Assembly: GCA_022605425.2 (NCBI GenBank)
Contig: CM061252.1
Location: forward strand, 124,001-188,000
DNA from: Hamiltosporidium tvaerminnensis FI-OER-3-3
Lineage: Eukaryota; Fungi; Microsporidia
Length of the DNA stretch: 64,000 nucleotides
Direction of reading: 5' to 3'
The notes below the pieces were generated by a model that worked only from the letters and a program-made list of their open reading frames with translations, made no database searches and had not been told where the DNA came from. Shown here one piece after another: positions 48,993-61,771 of this stretch. The translations under genes and the position numbers were made by a program. The first letter of the stretch is position 1. Each line of letters opens with the position of its first letter.

Positions 48993-50531
48993 ATGGTAAA
49001 AGTTGATACAAATATTTATTTTATAAGTACACCTGGTATTATAAAATATATTGGTTGTTTAGATAAAGGAACAGAAGAGAAATGGATAGGAATATCTTTA
49101 GAAGAACCTATCGGTACGAATGATGGGACACATAACGGTCATAAATATTTTGAATGCGAAGGTGAAAAATTTGGTGTTTTTATTAAAGAAGAAAAATTTA
49201 TGGAATTGGTTGATAAGAATGTAATAAAACCAATTGGTGAAAATGAAAATTATACTAAAGAATTAGAAAATAAAACAAATTTTGTAAACCCTATCAAAAA
49301 TAATGACGAAGAAAATTATTGTAACGATTTATCAGTTGAAAAACCATCCAAAGAAAAAAATTTGGGATCCGAATCAGCCGTACGAGAAAATATGAATTAT
49401 TCTAATATTTTTGCTTCCAAAAAAGAGAGTTTATTATCTCCTTCACCAAATATTTTATCAAACGAAAAATCCAATCATTCTAATATTTCGAGTCCACTGA
49501 AAACAAACCAAGTATATCCTTCACCAAATATTTTATCAAACGAAAAATTTAATCATTCTAATATTTCGAGTCCACTGAAAACAAACCAAGTATATCCTTC
49601 ACCAAATATTCTATCAAACGAAAAATCTAATCATTCTAATATTTCGAGTCCACTGAAAACAAACCAAGTATATCCTTCACCAAATATTCTATCAAACGAA
49701 AAATCTAATCATTCTAATATTTCGAGTCCACTGAAAACAAACCAAGTATATCCTTCACCAAATATTCTACTCAATACAAATATACCAGGTACACCATCAA
49801 GAAAACAATATGTAGCAGAAAATCCCACAATTAAAATAAATACACCCGAAACAGTATCATCACCTTTTACAATTCCAAATAAAAATATCAATTTAAATCA
49901 TATAAATTACCATAAAATAGAACACGTTTTGTACAAAGCAAAATATAAAAAATTAAAACAAAAATTTACACTTCTAAATAACAAATTTATCAAAAATAGA
50001 GAGAAATTTAAAGAACATAAAAATAAAATAGATGAACGTGTTTTACACATGGTTGGTCATATAATTGAAGCAAATGAGGCACTTGATAATATAAGTAATG
50101 AATTTAATAAAATTATGAGAGAAAATAATTTAGGAAATGCTCAAAAACCTATAAATTTGAAAGAAAAACATATAAATTTATCACATTGTGATAATCCTAA
50201 TCCGAGAAATAACTTAGGAAAATTTGTAAACACCAATGATTTCAATGAAAAACTGATTAACCTATCACATTGTGATAATTCCAAACTAGAGAATGTACAA
50301 AAACCTATAAATTTAAATGATACTACCAATACATTTTACAGTAATCAATCATTTACACAACCAGTATCCTTGATAAAAAATCAAAACCCTGATGAAAAAG
50401 AGAGACTTCTATTTCTTTTAGAAAAGATATTATCTGGATTCTCATTAGAAAGTAATTCTAATGATACTGGTGGATATTTAGAGGAATATAAAAATATTCT
50501 TAGCAAATATGGTATTAAAATAAATATTTAA
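48993..50531 (+). CDS. CAP-Gly domain protein with coiled coil (dynactin p150/Bik1/CLIP-170-like architecture)
   Basis: GIIKYIG..WIGISLEEPIGTNDGTHNGHKYFEC..GVF CAP-Gly signature; CCC motif before ATG. Confidence 0.9.
   Translation: MVKVDTNIYFISTPGIIKYIGCLDKGTEEKWIGISLEEPIGTNDGTHNGHKYFECEGEKFGVFIKEEKFMELVDKNVIKPIGENENYTKELENKTNFVNPIKNNDEENYCNDLSVEKPSKEKNLGSESAVRENMNYSNIFASKKESLLSPSPNILSNEKSNHSNISSPLKTNQVYPSPNILSNEKFNHSNISSPLKTNQVYPSPNILSNEKSNHSNISSPLKTNQVYPSPNILSNEKSNHSNISSPLKTNQVYPSPNILLNTNIPGTPSRKQYVAENPTIKINTPETVSSPFTIPNKNINLNHINYHKIEHVLYKAKYKKLKQKFTLLNNKFIKNREKFKEHKNKIDERVLHMVGHIIEANEALDNISNEFNKIMRENNLGNAQKPINLKEKHINLSHCDNPNPRNNLGKFVNTNDFNEKLINLSHCDNSKLENVQKPINLNDTTNTFYSNQSFTQPVSLIKNQNPDEKERLLFLLEKILSGFSLESNSNDTGGYLEEYKNILSKYGIKINI
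49440..49770 (+). repeat. Coding minisatellite, 78 bp (26 aa) x ~4.2
   Basis: PSPNILSNEKSNHSNISSPLKTNQVY repeated almost perfectly; units start at 49440, 49518, 49596, 49674 and 49752. Confidence 0.95.
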
Positions 50532-52694
50532 AGCTGTATATACATAGTATTTCGGGTGATTTTTGTAAATAATAATTTTGTAAAAATTTCATGTAAATTT
50601 AAATTATTATATTGTTTATCAAACGCAGTTTCGTTTTATTTCATGTTAAATAGTTTAAATCAAAAATATTATTGGTAAATATGCTATAAAATAAATTATT
50701 TTATAGATTTTTATTAAATAATTCTCTTTAAATTATTTTAATAAAGCTTACATTTAAAATTTATTTTTAAAAAACACAGTGTTTTACATTTAAATATCCA
50801 CTAGATTACAAACAAATACATTCACAATTTAGGCAAAATTGAACCATTGAGTAATCTGAAATATATATTTTGATCAGAAAAAGAAAATTATGCAAAATGT
50901 ATAATATTATTTTACTTGTGAAAAATTAAGATTATTTATATTAGAATCAATAGTGAATACTTATTAACTCGAACAATATATTTTATTGATACAAATTTTT
51001 TTTATTAAAGAAATAATAACCAAGTAAAACACGTAGTTTCTATTTATTTAAAGTATGAAAACATTGATTCTACAAACTCTTAAGCTTGCTTCAATTTTAC
51101 TGTTTAATTCGACTTCGAAGAAGAGATAATAGAACGAAAATCTCTTTTTGACCCCTTTTCTTATATTTATAGAAGTATCAAATCGAATAATTTGTAGTTT
51201 ATACTTAAATGATTCTTAAATTATGAAAAATTTTGTAAATTACAAATATCAAGTTTATTTCGCGTTTGATGCAATTGATCAAAAATATTTCATTACACCA
51301 TAAAATTACTCAGAAAAAAATCATGTAAAAATTCTCGAAATCGTAAGAATTCAGTCAAAATTAAACATCTAAGACTACATTTTTAAGTTTTTGAATAATT
51401 TTTTTTATCTAAAAAAATATCTATATATTTTCAAACCTATTCTACAACCAAATTAAATATAAAATAGAAATAGGTTTGAAAATTATATATTTTCTACTCA
51501 ACTTTCTAAGCTTAGGCAATTCTATTATTTTTTAATACTCGATTCTTGAAGGAAAAAATATTAATTATTGCGAGTAGGAGTTTCAATGGAAATAAAAAAA
51601 ATTTCGGAAAAATACAATTAAAAAGATTACGGTATTTAAATATACATATTTTCTTTCGAATCAAAACTCATTGAAACAAACCAAAGTTTTTAAATATTTA
51701 ATTCTCTTGCTTTTTAAAACCAAAACAGCCGACTAAAGTACGTTTCATAGCTATCTTTTAAAAATAAATTATAGTATAAATAAATATATTCCGATACTAA
51801 AGCTATTTTTTAATGTAAATTATTGTGTAAGATTATAAATAATATTTTATATTGAATTCTACTCCGATTTGTTCACTCGGCATCTTTTCAAAAATTAATT
51901 TTGAAAAATTTTCTTATTCGAAATTTTTTTGAACAAAAACATCTCTCTAAGATTAGTGTCGTAAGCTCTGTCGAGGTACCTAGATAAAAGATATTGTTGA
52001 TATCGACTCTTTATTTTTAATAAAAGGTCTTAATGGCTCGTCCAATTAAATATCTTTTAAAAAAAGATGATATATTATTGATGATCTTTTCGAAGTCTTA
52101 TGTTCTTTTTTTTTCAACCTTGGGGTACAACTATAAATATGATTTTTGATTTTTTTGAGCAGCGTAATATTCCACTGTTGAGTGTAGAATCCTAGATTAA
52201 ATCATTTAAATTGTTTTCAATATTTTTTTTATTTCTATCAATTCAAAATTTATGTGTAGGCATGATTAGATTGAAAAATATACAGATCAAAATACTTATG
52301 TAAACGTTAGTTGTTTTTAGTTTGAATGGTTTTTTTTTATAATTTAAAAATTTTCTCTTGCTAAAATATATTTTTAATACCTTTTCAAAGAATGCAAGTT
52401 TAATTTGCAAAATTCTGGCTTAAAAATGCAGTTCTATTGTTTTATAAACTTTATCCAGCCTCTTTAACCGTATTTTTGTTAAAGGATATAAAACTTTATT
52501 TAATCATAAGTAGGAAAAATTATTTTAAGTTGAAAATAAGTTTTTTTAATTTGATATGGTAATCTATATGACAATTTGTTTATATATCAGTATTTTTTGT
52601 ATGTCTAATATCTGTTGTGACAGATGAATAGAAGCCCTTTATAAAAAATATCACTCTAAATTATTTTATAAACCCTTCTCATAATTTATTCCAG

Positions 52695-53000
52695 ATGCAC
52701 ATATTTCCTTTCTATTCAAGTTATACAGGAGAAATAAACATAAATGAATCTGATTTGGATTCTAATGAAAAAGTAATCCGAGGAATTTTATGTAAAAAGA
52801 AAAAATTTGATAATTGTATTCCTGTATATAGAAATGGCAAAGAGGTTTATGAATCAATTTATATATGGTACCCCGTGGATGAAATAAAATCTGGGTTTGA
52901 AGAAAAAGTCAATTTAATTAAGTGTTTGAAAGGAAACAAATCTGAAATGATAATTTCAAAAAATAAAAATATAAAAAAATATTTTAAATCTAACAAATAA
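52695..53000 (+). CDS. Small protein, possibly RNase H2 subunit C (Rnh203-like)
   Basis: HIFP....G, IRGI.C and YESIYIW match the H.LP..I...G / FRGR.L / F..I..W pattern of RNASEH2C; CCC motif upstream. Confidence 0.5.
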   Translation: MHIFPFYSSYTGEININESDLDSNEKVIRGILCKKKKFDNCIPVYRNGKEVYESIYIWYPVDEIKSGFEEKVNLIKCLKGNKSEMIISKNKNIKKYFKSNK

Positions 53001-55571
53001 TATTTGAAAATCAAAAAGAAAGTGTGATAATTAAAATAGTTTGATTAATTAGGTAAAATCTAACAAAATATTTTTAAAGAAGAGCACTAATCGCAATCAT
53101 AAATTAAAAAAATCACTAATATTGTAAAAATTCTAATTTTCTTAAAAAAACCTACTGCTAAAAATTATATGAATGACAATACAATTTTGAGTGTTTAAAC
53201 TTAGATTTTGATTGTCTAGAAAAATATTCGAATTTTTGATACCGAATTTTAGGTTTTATTGTCTTATTAAAAAAATATGTTTATTCCAATTACTAATAGT
53301 TTTGTTTACTCAAAAAACAAGAATATAAGTTAAAAAATAATATTTTGTAAGAGTTTAAACAAATTTAAAATTTAGATTATAGCTAATATTTTTTTTAGTT
53401 GGTTTGGATAATTCCGTCTTAATTTGAAGAAATGTGTGTTGGTTTTTAATTAAAATGAGAATATATTTGTCTTACCAAAGGTAAGGTAAACACGTGGTAT
53501 AGTTGATTTTGTTTATTTGTGTCAAAAAATTGAATGCATATTTTAGTTGCGGCTAATTAGTGTTAAGAGTTTAAAGAAATTATACTAACTTAACGATTTT
53601 TCTTCGTTAAAAAAATATTCTATTTGTTTTGTACTTTTGTATCTTTTTTTAGTTTCGAATTTTTAATAATTATAAACATATAAGTATATTCCTCCATGGT
53701 ACTTAGAATTTCTTTTAAGTAAAAATACATTAGGAATTTCTTATATTTTAATAAAGATTTTTAATAATTCCAAGAAACATAATAACACAAAATATTCCGA
53801 TCATTATCACAAATACTGAAAAAATCCAGCGCTTGTAAATCTGAATATTTATTTACTTTTTTATACAGAAATTTGGAGCAAATTTTTATTAATAGCTTGA
53901 TTTTTTGCTTTTAAAATTTTAGCTATGTATATTATAAGTTTATATTTAATCACTGCAAAAATTAGTTTTTAATACTTTGAATCGCTTTATAAAAATCACA
54001 CTTAAGTTTTTCTTAATGAAACCATGATATATTTTTTTGACTTGATTGATGGTTACAAGACTAATCAATTTAAATCTACAATTTTTCTTCTGATTTTGTA
54101 TATTATAGAGTATTGCAAATCGCTTTTGCACATGCCAGCTTTAAAGCCAACAAGAACGAAATCATTAGACACATTAGTACATTTTTTATTTGTTTATTTT
54201 ACTACAATATGTATTAAATGCATACTTAAAAATCATTTATATGGTATTATATCATTCGTGTTCAATCGTAAACGTTTGAAGTAAAATATATTTGTACTAT
54301 TTCAAAATTTAAACTGCATTCATATATATATTTTCTTATTTATGGTTAAATTCCTACTACCAAGGCGTATGATAATTGAAAAAAGAGTCTTATTTGTTTT
54401 ATATCTTAAAGACTATACTTTTCGTGGTTTTTTATATTATTAATGATTTAATATTTACTGCAGAAAATGTTTTATAGTTACACTCTATATTTCTATTGTC
54501 TACAAGCTACTAAATATACTCTTTTTAGTGGAACCTATTATGGCTTTTTCTAGTTTCTGTATAGTTTATTATAGTAAATCATAGAAATTATTGAAATATT
54601 GAATCAACATAAAATGTTGAATTTGAATACAATACTACTTAATTAATTGTCCAACTTTATTTATTCTTTCTGCATTAATGAATATGGCGCAAAAAATTCA
54701 GAAATTTTCAAAGAAAAAGTTCAACTGTATAAAAATATTGATATTCTGCAAAATTTTGTTTAGAATCTCTGCAAAAAATAAAATAAAATAAAAAGGTTTT
54801 CGAAATTGTAAGCAACTAATTAACCGACTTTTATATCCATAATTACTGTTAATGAATTTTACATCTTTATTGTTTGCTAATTTTTATAACAAACCTAGAT
54901 TTCAAAAAAATAGGCGACACAACATCAGAATTAGAATTAAAGCATTGTTTTATATGTACAATTTAAACTTTATCGCATGTTTTTAATTGTAAAAAGAACA
55001 AAAAAGTATTCATAAATGTTGCTTTTATTTTTTATTATGATTATTTGACAGATAGATAAAAATGCTTTTTTGTTCCAATAATCTTAATTTTAAATGCATT
55101 ATATAGCTGAACTTCAAAAATGCTCCAGTATAACTCTATTCTTTAAACCTTGAGCTATATATCTTCGACTTTTTTGAACTCTCAAAAGAGATAGCATTGT
55201 AAAGCGAAATGCTTAGATTTTATATATAATCATTTTAATATTTTCAACCTTTATCGAAATAAATCTCTTGTTTTTCATTTATAAAACAATCCATGAATTT
55301 CGATTGTGAAACTTCGAATTTTATTAGTGATTATTTGTATACTCTGCTTCCTGTTCCACAAAGAATCTCTTTGATTCAAAATAAATATTCAATTGATTAT
55401 TTTTTTATAAAAAAATATTTAGACTTTATTTTGATTTGATGTGTGCTTTATATCCTTTTTATACAAAAACAAATTACCAACTGTGATTTAATGATTTTAT
55501 AGGATTTGTCAATTATATTTAAGATTTGCCTCATTACAGTAATACTTAAATATATGGTTTTCCGATCCATA

Positions 55572-55697
55572 AATAATCCTTGCAATCAATATTATAATCC
55601 TTGCAATCAATATCATAATTATTGCAATCAATATCATAATTTTTCGACCAATGTCATAATTGTTGCAATCAATATCATAATCCTCGCAATCAATATT
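55572..55697. repeat. 21-bp tandem repeat x ~6
   Basis: Units of ATAATCCTTGCAATCAATATC with variants, just before copy B. Confidence 0.88.
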
Positions 55698-55715
55698 TTT
55701 TAAAAATATTTAATA

Positions 55716-56444
55716 CTTTATTTAAAAAGTATCACAACTTTTTAAAATAGGGACAATTGTTATATTTGTTTTCATGACATTAACGCAGTTCTAGGTTTAA
55801 CATAAATGACTGCTACCCCAACACTCCATCGGTAACCCCTGCGATACCTAAGTCCCAAAGCCTTTGATCTACCAGGTGTATAGAACCTAAAAAATCGGCG
55901 AGGCAGTTGCCTGGTGTTCGTTAATGTCCGTTGCATTGAGTGTGATCGAAGGCCGAAGCCCCCCCTGGGCTACCCCAAGACTATGCAGCATTCCCACTTA
56001 CTCTACACTTTCTGAACTCAATAAACTTCTAGCTAAGATATATTTCAGAGACTTACACGGGGTCTACCTAGATAGTGCAATGTCATACCAACGGGTATAA
56101 CCTGCTACTTAGCTTTCCCGACTTTTAATGGTTTTTATTTTTAATTTTCCCAGGCGCTAAGTCTTTTAACCCGAGTGAGCCAAGCTAGGTTTCCATGCTT
56201 TTACATGGCAATTACCTACATGTTCAGCTGCGGTCTGCAATCTTGTTACATAAAAAACTAAAAATAAATTTGTAGAAAAAGTTTCTCCATTTCTTAGACC
56301 TCTTCTCCTCATAACAACTCCCATGGAACAACCGAAGATGTAGTGTAGTTGTATTTCCACCAAAAATCAAACAATGACCTCGCACCAGTTTCACACACTC
56401 ATTGCCAAGCAGAAAGTTTTTTATGTTGTTATCCTCCCTCCACC
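55716..56444 (-). repeat. ~730-bp dispersed non-coding element, copy B
   Basis: Highly similar to copy A end to end; no obvious TSD. Confidence 0.93.
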
Positions 56445-58752
56445 ATATAGGGGTAATAGAATGATTTATTTATGGCAAAAGAGATATTAAAATGTTAAAA
56501 TAATATTTGAATTTTTTAAATAGAATTTCAATGCTTAAACTAAAAAAAATTTCGATTTAGATTATGAATACTAATCGAAGATCATTTATTTCTTTTGCGC
56601 TGAAACCAATTAACTCGAAAAACGTGTATTCATTGTATATTTATAGTTAAATGGCCAATATTTACTGTTACGCAATGTAATCGGCTTTAATAATGGGGTT
56701 GGTTCCTGATTGTTTTTTTCAAATAAGTAAGTTTTGCCGGACTGAACAATCAACATACTAAAAATTGAATGTTTATGAAACATCTTTAGCACGGGGAAAC
56801 TCCAACCCACAGTGGATTCTGTTCAATTTGCAAGAAAAACATCAAGCTGAAAAATATGGCTTAAAAACATATAGATTGTCTTTAGGAATCAATTTTGAAA
56901 AATACATGGTGCGTCCATAGAAGTTGATGTTATACAGGTATCATAATATTTATTTCTCAAATATTTTTATGATGAAGAATAATTATTTCTCGATGCATTA
57001 TGAAATACCAGTGGAAAAATAAAAAGCATTATAATTAAGATATAAAATAGGAATTTGCTTTTATAAGGCTAAAAAATAATTCCATGCTTTTAAAAATGTT
57101 TAATCTAGATAAAAATACAGTCTAAAATTACTAGACTCTAATTCTGAGATCAAAACTTTTTTCTTGAGAATAATATTTTGTCGAGTCCAAAAATCAATAT
57201 ACATTTAAAAAACCAATTAATATAATATTACGCATTCTATGCATGTATTGGTAATAAAAATTGTTTAAAATGAAGCCTCAACTCGAAATACACAAACATT
57301 TTTTACTCGAGACAATGCATCAAATGAGGGTTTCATAATACGTTTATGGGCTTAATTATTCAGAAATCAAGTGCATTTTCTGAATTTTGGAAGGCTTTTA
57401 AATCAAAATATAACGATCATATGACAGTATTACCTCATGAAATTTTTGTAATTTATAAAGTAATCATATTCAAATTTAAATAGAGAATAATACTTTGCAA
57501 AGTATGATAATTCAAAAAAAAATCGCACATTCAAAAGAACAAACATGTTCAAAATAAAAAAGATATAAAATGTCTAAATCAGAATCAGCAGAAAAATTTC
57601 AGTTCGAAGTTTAGGCATTAAAATATAATTCGTCGAAATTTCGAAATTTGGTTCGTATGGGTAAGAATGTGGGCGTTTTTTAGGAAAAGAAATCAACAAA
57701 TAGATTTTAATCTTACATGTTATTCAAACATTTTTAAAACCTAACAGAACAAAATTTATTATTAAATAATTGATATTTTATTTCTTCTATATAGTCTATA
57801 ATTCTTTACTCTTTTCTTTCGCTTAACGCTAATTTGGAACTAAATTATGGGCTAGATACATAAAAAATTATTAAATCAACGAGTCAATGGGCACATCAAA
57901 GACTTATTTACCACTATAAACGCAAATTACCATTGCAAAAATTGCAATTTATAGAAATTTCTAATTTTAAATGACTTTAGTCTGTATTTTGCTGAAATTT
58001 GTTTCGAGGTTTGCAATATACCTTGTGCTACACCAATCAGCTTTGTGAAAAACGAATTGCTCTAAACCTTATATACAAACCATTCGAAAACCTCACATTT
58101 ATTTTTACATGATATACAGAAACATTTGAATTCAACTCTAATTTACTCCAAATTTTAAAATCACTGCATTCGAAGGTTTCATATTTAACACATCTTTAAA
58201 AAAATCTTGCAACTTTCTTTAAACATGTAAAGAAGGCTGCAGAAATAATTTAAATAAGCATCACACAACATAACTGAGAAGGCAAAAAACTCTTTTTGCT
58301 AGTACTTGCAGTTAGAAAGCATAATTAGCAAATAAAAATTATCAAAAAATCTTTCAGTGGTGATTTAGCGAATTAAGCGCTTATAACGACCACATAAAGT
58401 TGATTTTCCTACTTAAAAGAAGATATTAGAGATTCAATCAGAAGAAATCTGGCAAGAGAAACGGAATCAGAGCAGAAAAACCGAATTCAAAGGCATGAAA
58501 TGATAAAAATGACCAGAAAAACACCTGTAAAAGCTTTACATGACAATTTTCATCTTTTAAGTTTAGTTAAAAATAAAATGATATTTTATACCGATATTAA
58601 GCTGTTACCTTATAAATTCGTAGAGAACACCTCTTATATGAGAATAATATTGATTTTTGTACCTTCTACCTGTATTCCAGATTAATTACATTTGAAGGCC
58701 CGAAACTTAATTAAAAGATATAAGTTTCACTATGGTTCTTAATCTAGCTTAA

Positions 58753-59190
58753 CCGTTTGGCTGCTAAGCAATTATTGCAAGAACGCACGAAAACTGCGGG
58801 ACTTATTTTCAATTGATGTTGTCAATTTTTTTTTTTTATATATATATATATATTGTTTCGCACAACTACAATGTAACAAGTGTTATTGATAACATAGAAA
58901 AACAAGTGGTCGTTAAAAATTAAAATTTATAAAAAGATAACTTAATCGCTAGCAATCGAATCAACGTCCGAAATAATAGTCCGTGACATGGTTATATTTT
59001 TTAAATAATATATAAAAACGGTAAAAAGTTAGTTTAGAATACACTCGTGTTACAAAGTACTCGCGAGGTCAGACTACGTTCGATTACACGGAGCAAAAAG
59101 ACACACTGTGATTGGCAGCGCGAAAGCGCTGCGTCGCTGTTTTCGAGACAAATGAACGAAGCGCATTCGCGCCGCGTAGCAGTCAAACGG
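58753..59190. mobile_element. piggyBac-like MITE (438 bp)
   Basis: TTAA TSDs at 58749-52 and 59191-94; TIRs CCGTTTGGCTGCTA / TAGCAGTCAAACGG (13 of 14 complementary); GC-rich subterminal region; no transposase. Confidence 0.88.
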
Positions 59191-59455
59191 TTAAATTACT
59201 TGGAAAAAAATAATCACAAATTTCAGCATTTAATATCTTTATGGTCTGTTTTATTACATTATTTTAAGATTTAAATAGGAATATGATTGACAGCTAGGAA
59301 ATAAAATTTTTAAGAACTTTTATTAGATTGCAGAAAATTTATAATTTTAAATTAACATGTAATTTAGAAAAGGTAAATATGATTGTTTTTGATATTAAAA
59401 AGATGTGAAACTCATCAAGGCTTTAAATTTTTTATTTTCCTCGATTTATATTTTT

Positions 59456-61771
59456 TTAACACAGAATAATTTCAAAGTTATTTGTTCCTATCATTTCTTT
59501 AAATTGCTCAATTTCAATCCAGTACTTTTTTGAAACAATCATTTGTAATTTGAAATTTGATTCTTGTAAATTAAATGAATTGAACCATTTTATAGAATCG
59601 AAATTTATATGTTTAATTTTTAGATTAAGAAATTTTAAATTTCGAAGCTTCGAAATAAATAAACAGTCGAGCATTGAAAGAGATATATTCTTCAACTCCA
59701 GAACTTCAATAATGTATACCTCATGGCTGTCAAAAAGCTGATAGAAATATGTTTCGCGAAATTCACACTCAGTCAAAACCAGTTTTTGGATTTTTTTACA
59801 GTTTTTCATTGCGTTTATATCATTATTGCCTATTGTAAACTTAAATAGAAATAGCACTCTAACACTAGCTAAATTATTTTCGGAAAAAAGACAAAAAATC
59901 GATCCTTCTTTATAACCATAACCTATTTTCAAAGTATCAATAGTCTTAAGCCCCGAAAAATTCGTAAAGTAGTTATTTGAATTAAATTCTTCCCTCAAAT
60001 CAAGCGTTTTTAAATAATCCAATTTAATTATATTTTCTTGCACATTATTACTAAACACTGATGATGTTTTGTTGTATTGAAGAGTTAAAATTTTTAAATT
60101 TGTCATGCAATTTATGAATTGCGGTAATTCATCAGAATTTTCCACCGAAGTTCCAAATATAGACAGACTTCGCATATTTAGATGTTTTATATGTGTATCC
60201 ATTTTTTCGATACAAACCTTACATCTTAAAATTTCAATTTTCTCCAAACTTGTAATTGTTAAAATGCTACGTAAAAAACCATTTGTTAACTCTGAATCCT
60301 GCATGCTCATTTCTTTAATATTTGTAATAAAAACCGAATTATCAAAATACAGTGTCTTTAGATGGATATTTTTGAAGGTAAGGCATAGTTTTTTGATTGA
60401 TTTGGAATCCGAAACTAAAGCATTGAACTCAAAAAGTTTCGATACATAAATTATTATATTGTGTGAAATCATATAGTTTTCTTTGTCTTTAATTTCTCTT
60501 GATATCATAAATGGTGTTTTTGTTCCAACAATACATTCCTCATTAATACTTTCTGGTTTATCATATTTTTCAGTACCAATTTCGAAAAAACTTGAAGCGT
60601 TTTTATCGCTTGATATATCATCGTAAAACATATAAAGCAGATTTCTTAAATAAGAGTAGATCATACTTTGTAAGTTGAGATTGATTGAATAAGAATCCAC
60701 AAGATAAATGCATTCCAAAGATTTGAAGTTCTCGAAAATCCTTTCCGAAAATATATAAAAATTACAATATATTAAAACAAGTATTTTTATATGTTTAAAA
60801 AACATGCTATCACATAAGTACTCAAAATATTTCATACTTTCCCTAGAATGAAAACAAATCTCTTCTACGTATGAAAATATTAATTTTGATATATCAAATG
60901 AAATATTTTTAAGTGATTCTTCAAGGCAAACCATTATCATAGAAGAGATTCGTATACAGTTAAAAAATATCATAAACGCCTCTTTAGAACATAAATTATA
61001 TCTAATATATTTATCTAATCGAACTATAAAACAGGAATTAATATGAACAAATTTTGTATTTATTCTATAATTCATATTAAAATTGTTATCAAATATTTCC
61101 TTTATAGTTTTATCCGACAGATATTCTTTAAATAGGCTGGTTTCAAATAGATATATTTTACCAAACTCACCTAAAAACATATGCAGCAAGGATGACGAAA
61201 TTATGGATTCTTTATCTAGATTGTATCTCTGGGAAGAACTTTGCGCATTTAAAATTACAGAAAGTAAAAGTATTCGAATAAATTCTTTGAAATTTTTATC
61301 TTTTTTAAATTTAAGTATATCAAGTATACGTAAAATTAACGAAAAATTCTTCGTTTCAAAATTCTCTTTTATTTCAGATGAAGCCCTGCATAGGTTAAAG
61401 AAATACAAGAATTCATTGTATTTTAGCACATTTGTATTTAAATAGATTGAATTATCGATTATATCTCCATCTAAACTTTTCAAATTTAACTTTAATTCAA
61501 TATTTTTTTCAATTGTAATTTTCTTGCAATCTATGCATTCATTATGTCTAAAACACTTATATTTCTTTTTGACATATCTTGAAAAGAATCTGCCATTTTC
61601 TTTATCACAAGGCAAATCAGATCCTTTATAAACTGGTGGTTCATAAAAATGAAGAATTAAATGATTATCCGCTTGAAAACTAGCATTTAGAAAAAACGAA
61701 ACAAACAAAACAATTATTTTTTGGCTGCAAATCTGCTTAGCAACCAACTTTTTCCAGATTATTTTTAACAT
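59456..61771 (-). CDS. 771-aa secreted LRR-like protein (lineage-expanded family)
   Basis: Intact long ORF; CCC immediately before ATG; hydrophobic IIVLFVSFFLNA; LxxLxL repeats in the C-terminal half. Confidence 0.88.
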   Translation of the reverse strand: MLKIIWKKLVAKQICSQKIIVLFVSFFLNASFQADNHLILHFYEPPVYKGSDLPCDKENGRFFSRYVKKKYKCFRHNECIDCKKITIEKNIELKLNLKSLDGDIIDNSIYLNTNVLKYNEFLYFFNLCRASSEIKENFETKNFSLILRILDILKFKKDKNFKEFIRILLLSVILNAQSSSQRYNLDKESIISSSLLHMFLGEFGKIYLFETSLFKEYLSDKTIKEIFDNNFNMNYRINTKFVHINSCFIVRLDKYIRYNLCSKEAFMIFFNCIRISSMIMVCLEESLKNISFDISKLIFSYVEEICFHSRESMKYFEYLCDSMFFKHIKILVLIYCNFYIFSERIFENFKSLECIYLVDSYSINLNLQSMIYSYLRNLLYMFYDDISSDKNASSFFEIGTEKYDKPESINEECIVGTKTPFMISREIKDKENYMISHNIIIYVSKLFEFNALVSDSKSIKKLCLTFKNIHLKTLYFDNSVFITNIKEMSMQDSELTNGFLRSILTITSLEKIEILRCKVCIEKMDTHIKHLNMRSLSIFGTSVENSDELPQFINCMTNLKILTLQYNKTSSVFSNNVQENIIKLDYLKTLDLREEFNSNNYFTNFSGLKTIDTLKIGYGYKEGSIFCLFSENNLASVRVLFLFKFTIGNNDINAMKNCKKIQKLVLTECEFRETYFYQLFDSHEVYIIEVLELKNISLSMLDCLFISKLRNLKFLNLKIKHINFDSIKWFNSFNLQESNFKLQMIVSKKYWIEIEQFKEMIGTNNFEIILC

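Noticed and set aside
52670-52697. TAATTT..CAG before ATG as an intron 3' end
   Set aside because: No nearby GTAAGT donor, and the CCC motif already explains the start.
55572-55697. 21-bp repeats as a CRISPR array
   Set aside because: Units are contiguous with no unique spacers, there are no cas genes, and the context is eukaryotic.
56460-58700. Coding-textured tract possibly derived from a transposon or dead gene
   Set aside because: No recognisable motif or termini, so left unannotated.
59047-59274. 75-aa ORF
   Set aside because: GTG start, and it overlaps the GC-rich end of the piggyBac-like MITE and crosses its boundary.
60105-61445. Plus-strand ORFs opposite the 771-aa gene (likewise 13521-13856, 26064-26348, 36084-37339, 49709-50329)
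   Set aside because: Antisense shadows of real coding sequences.
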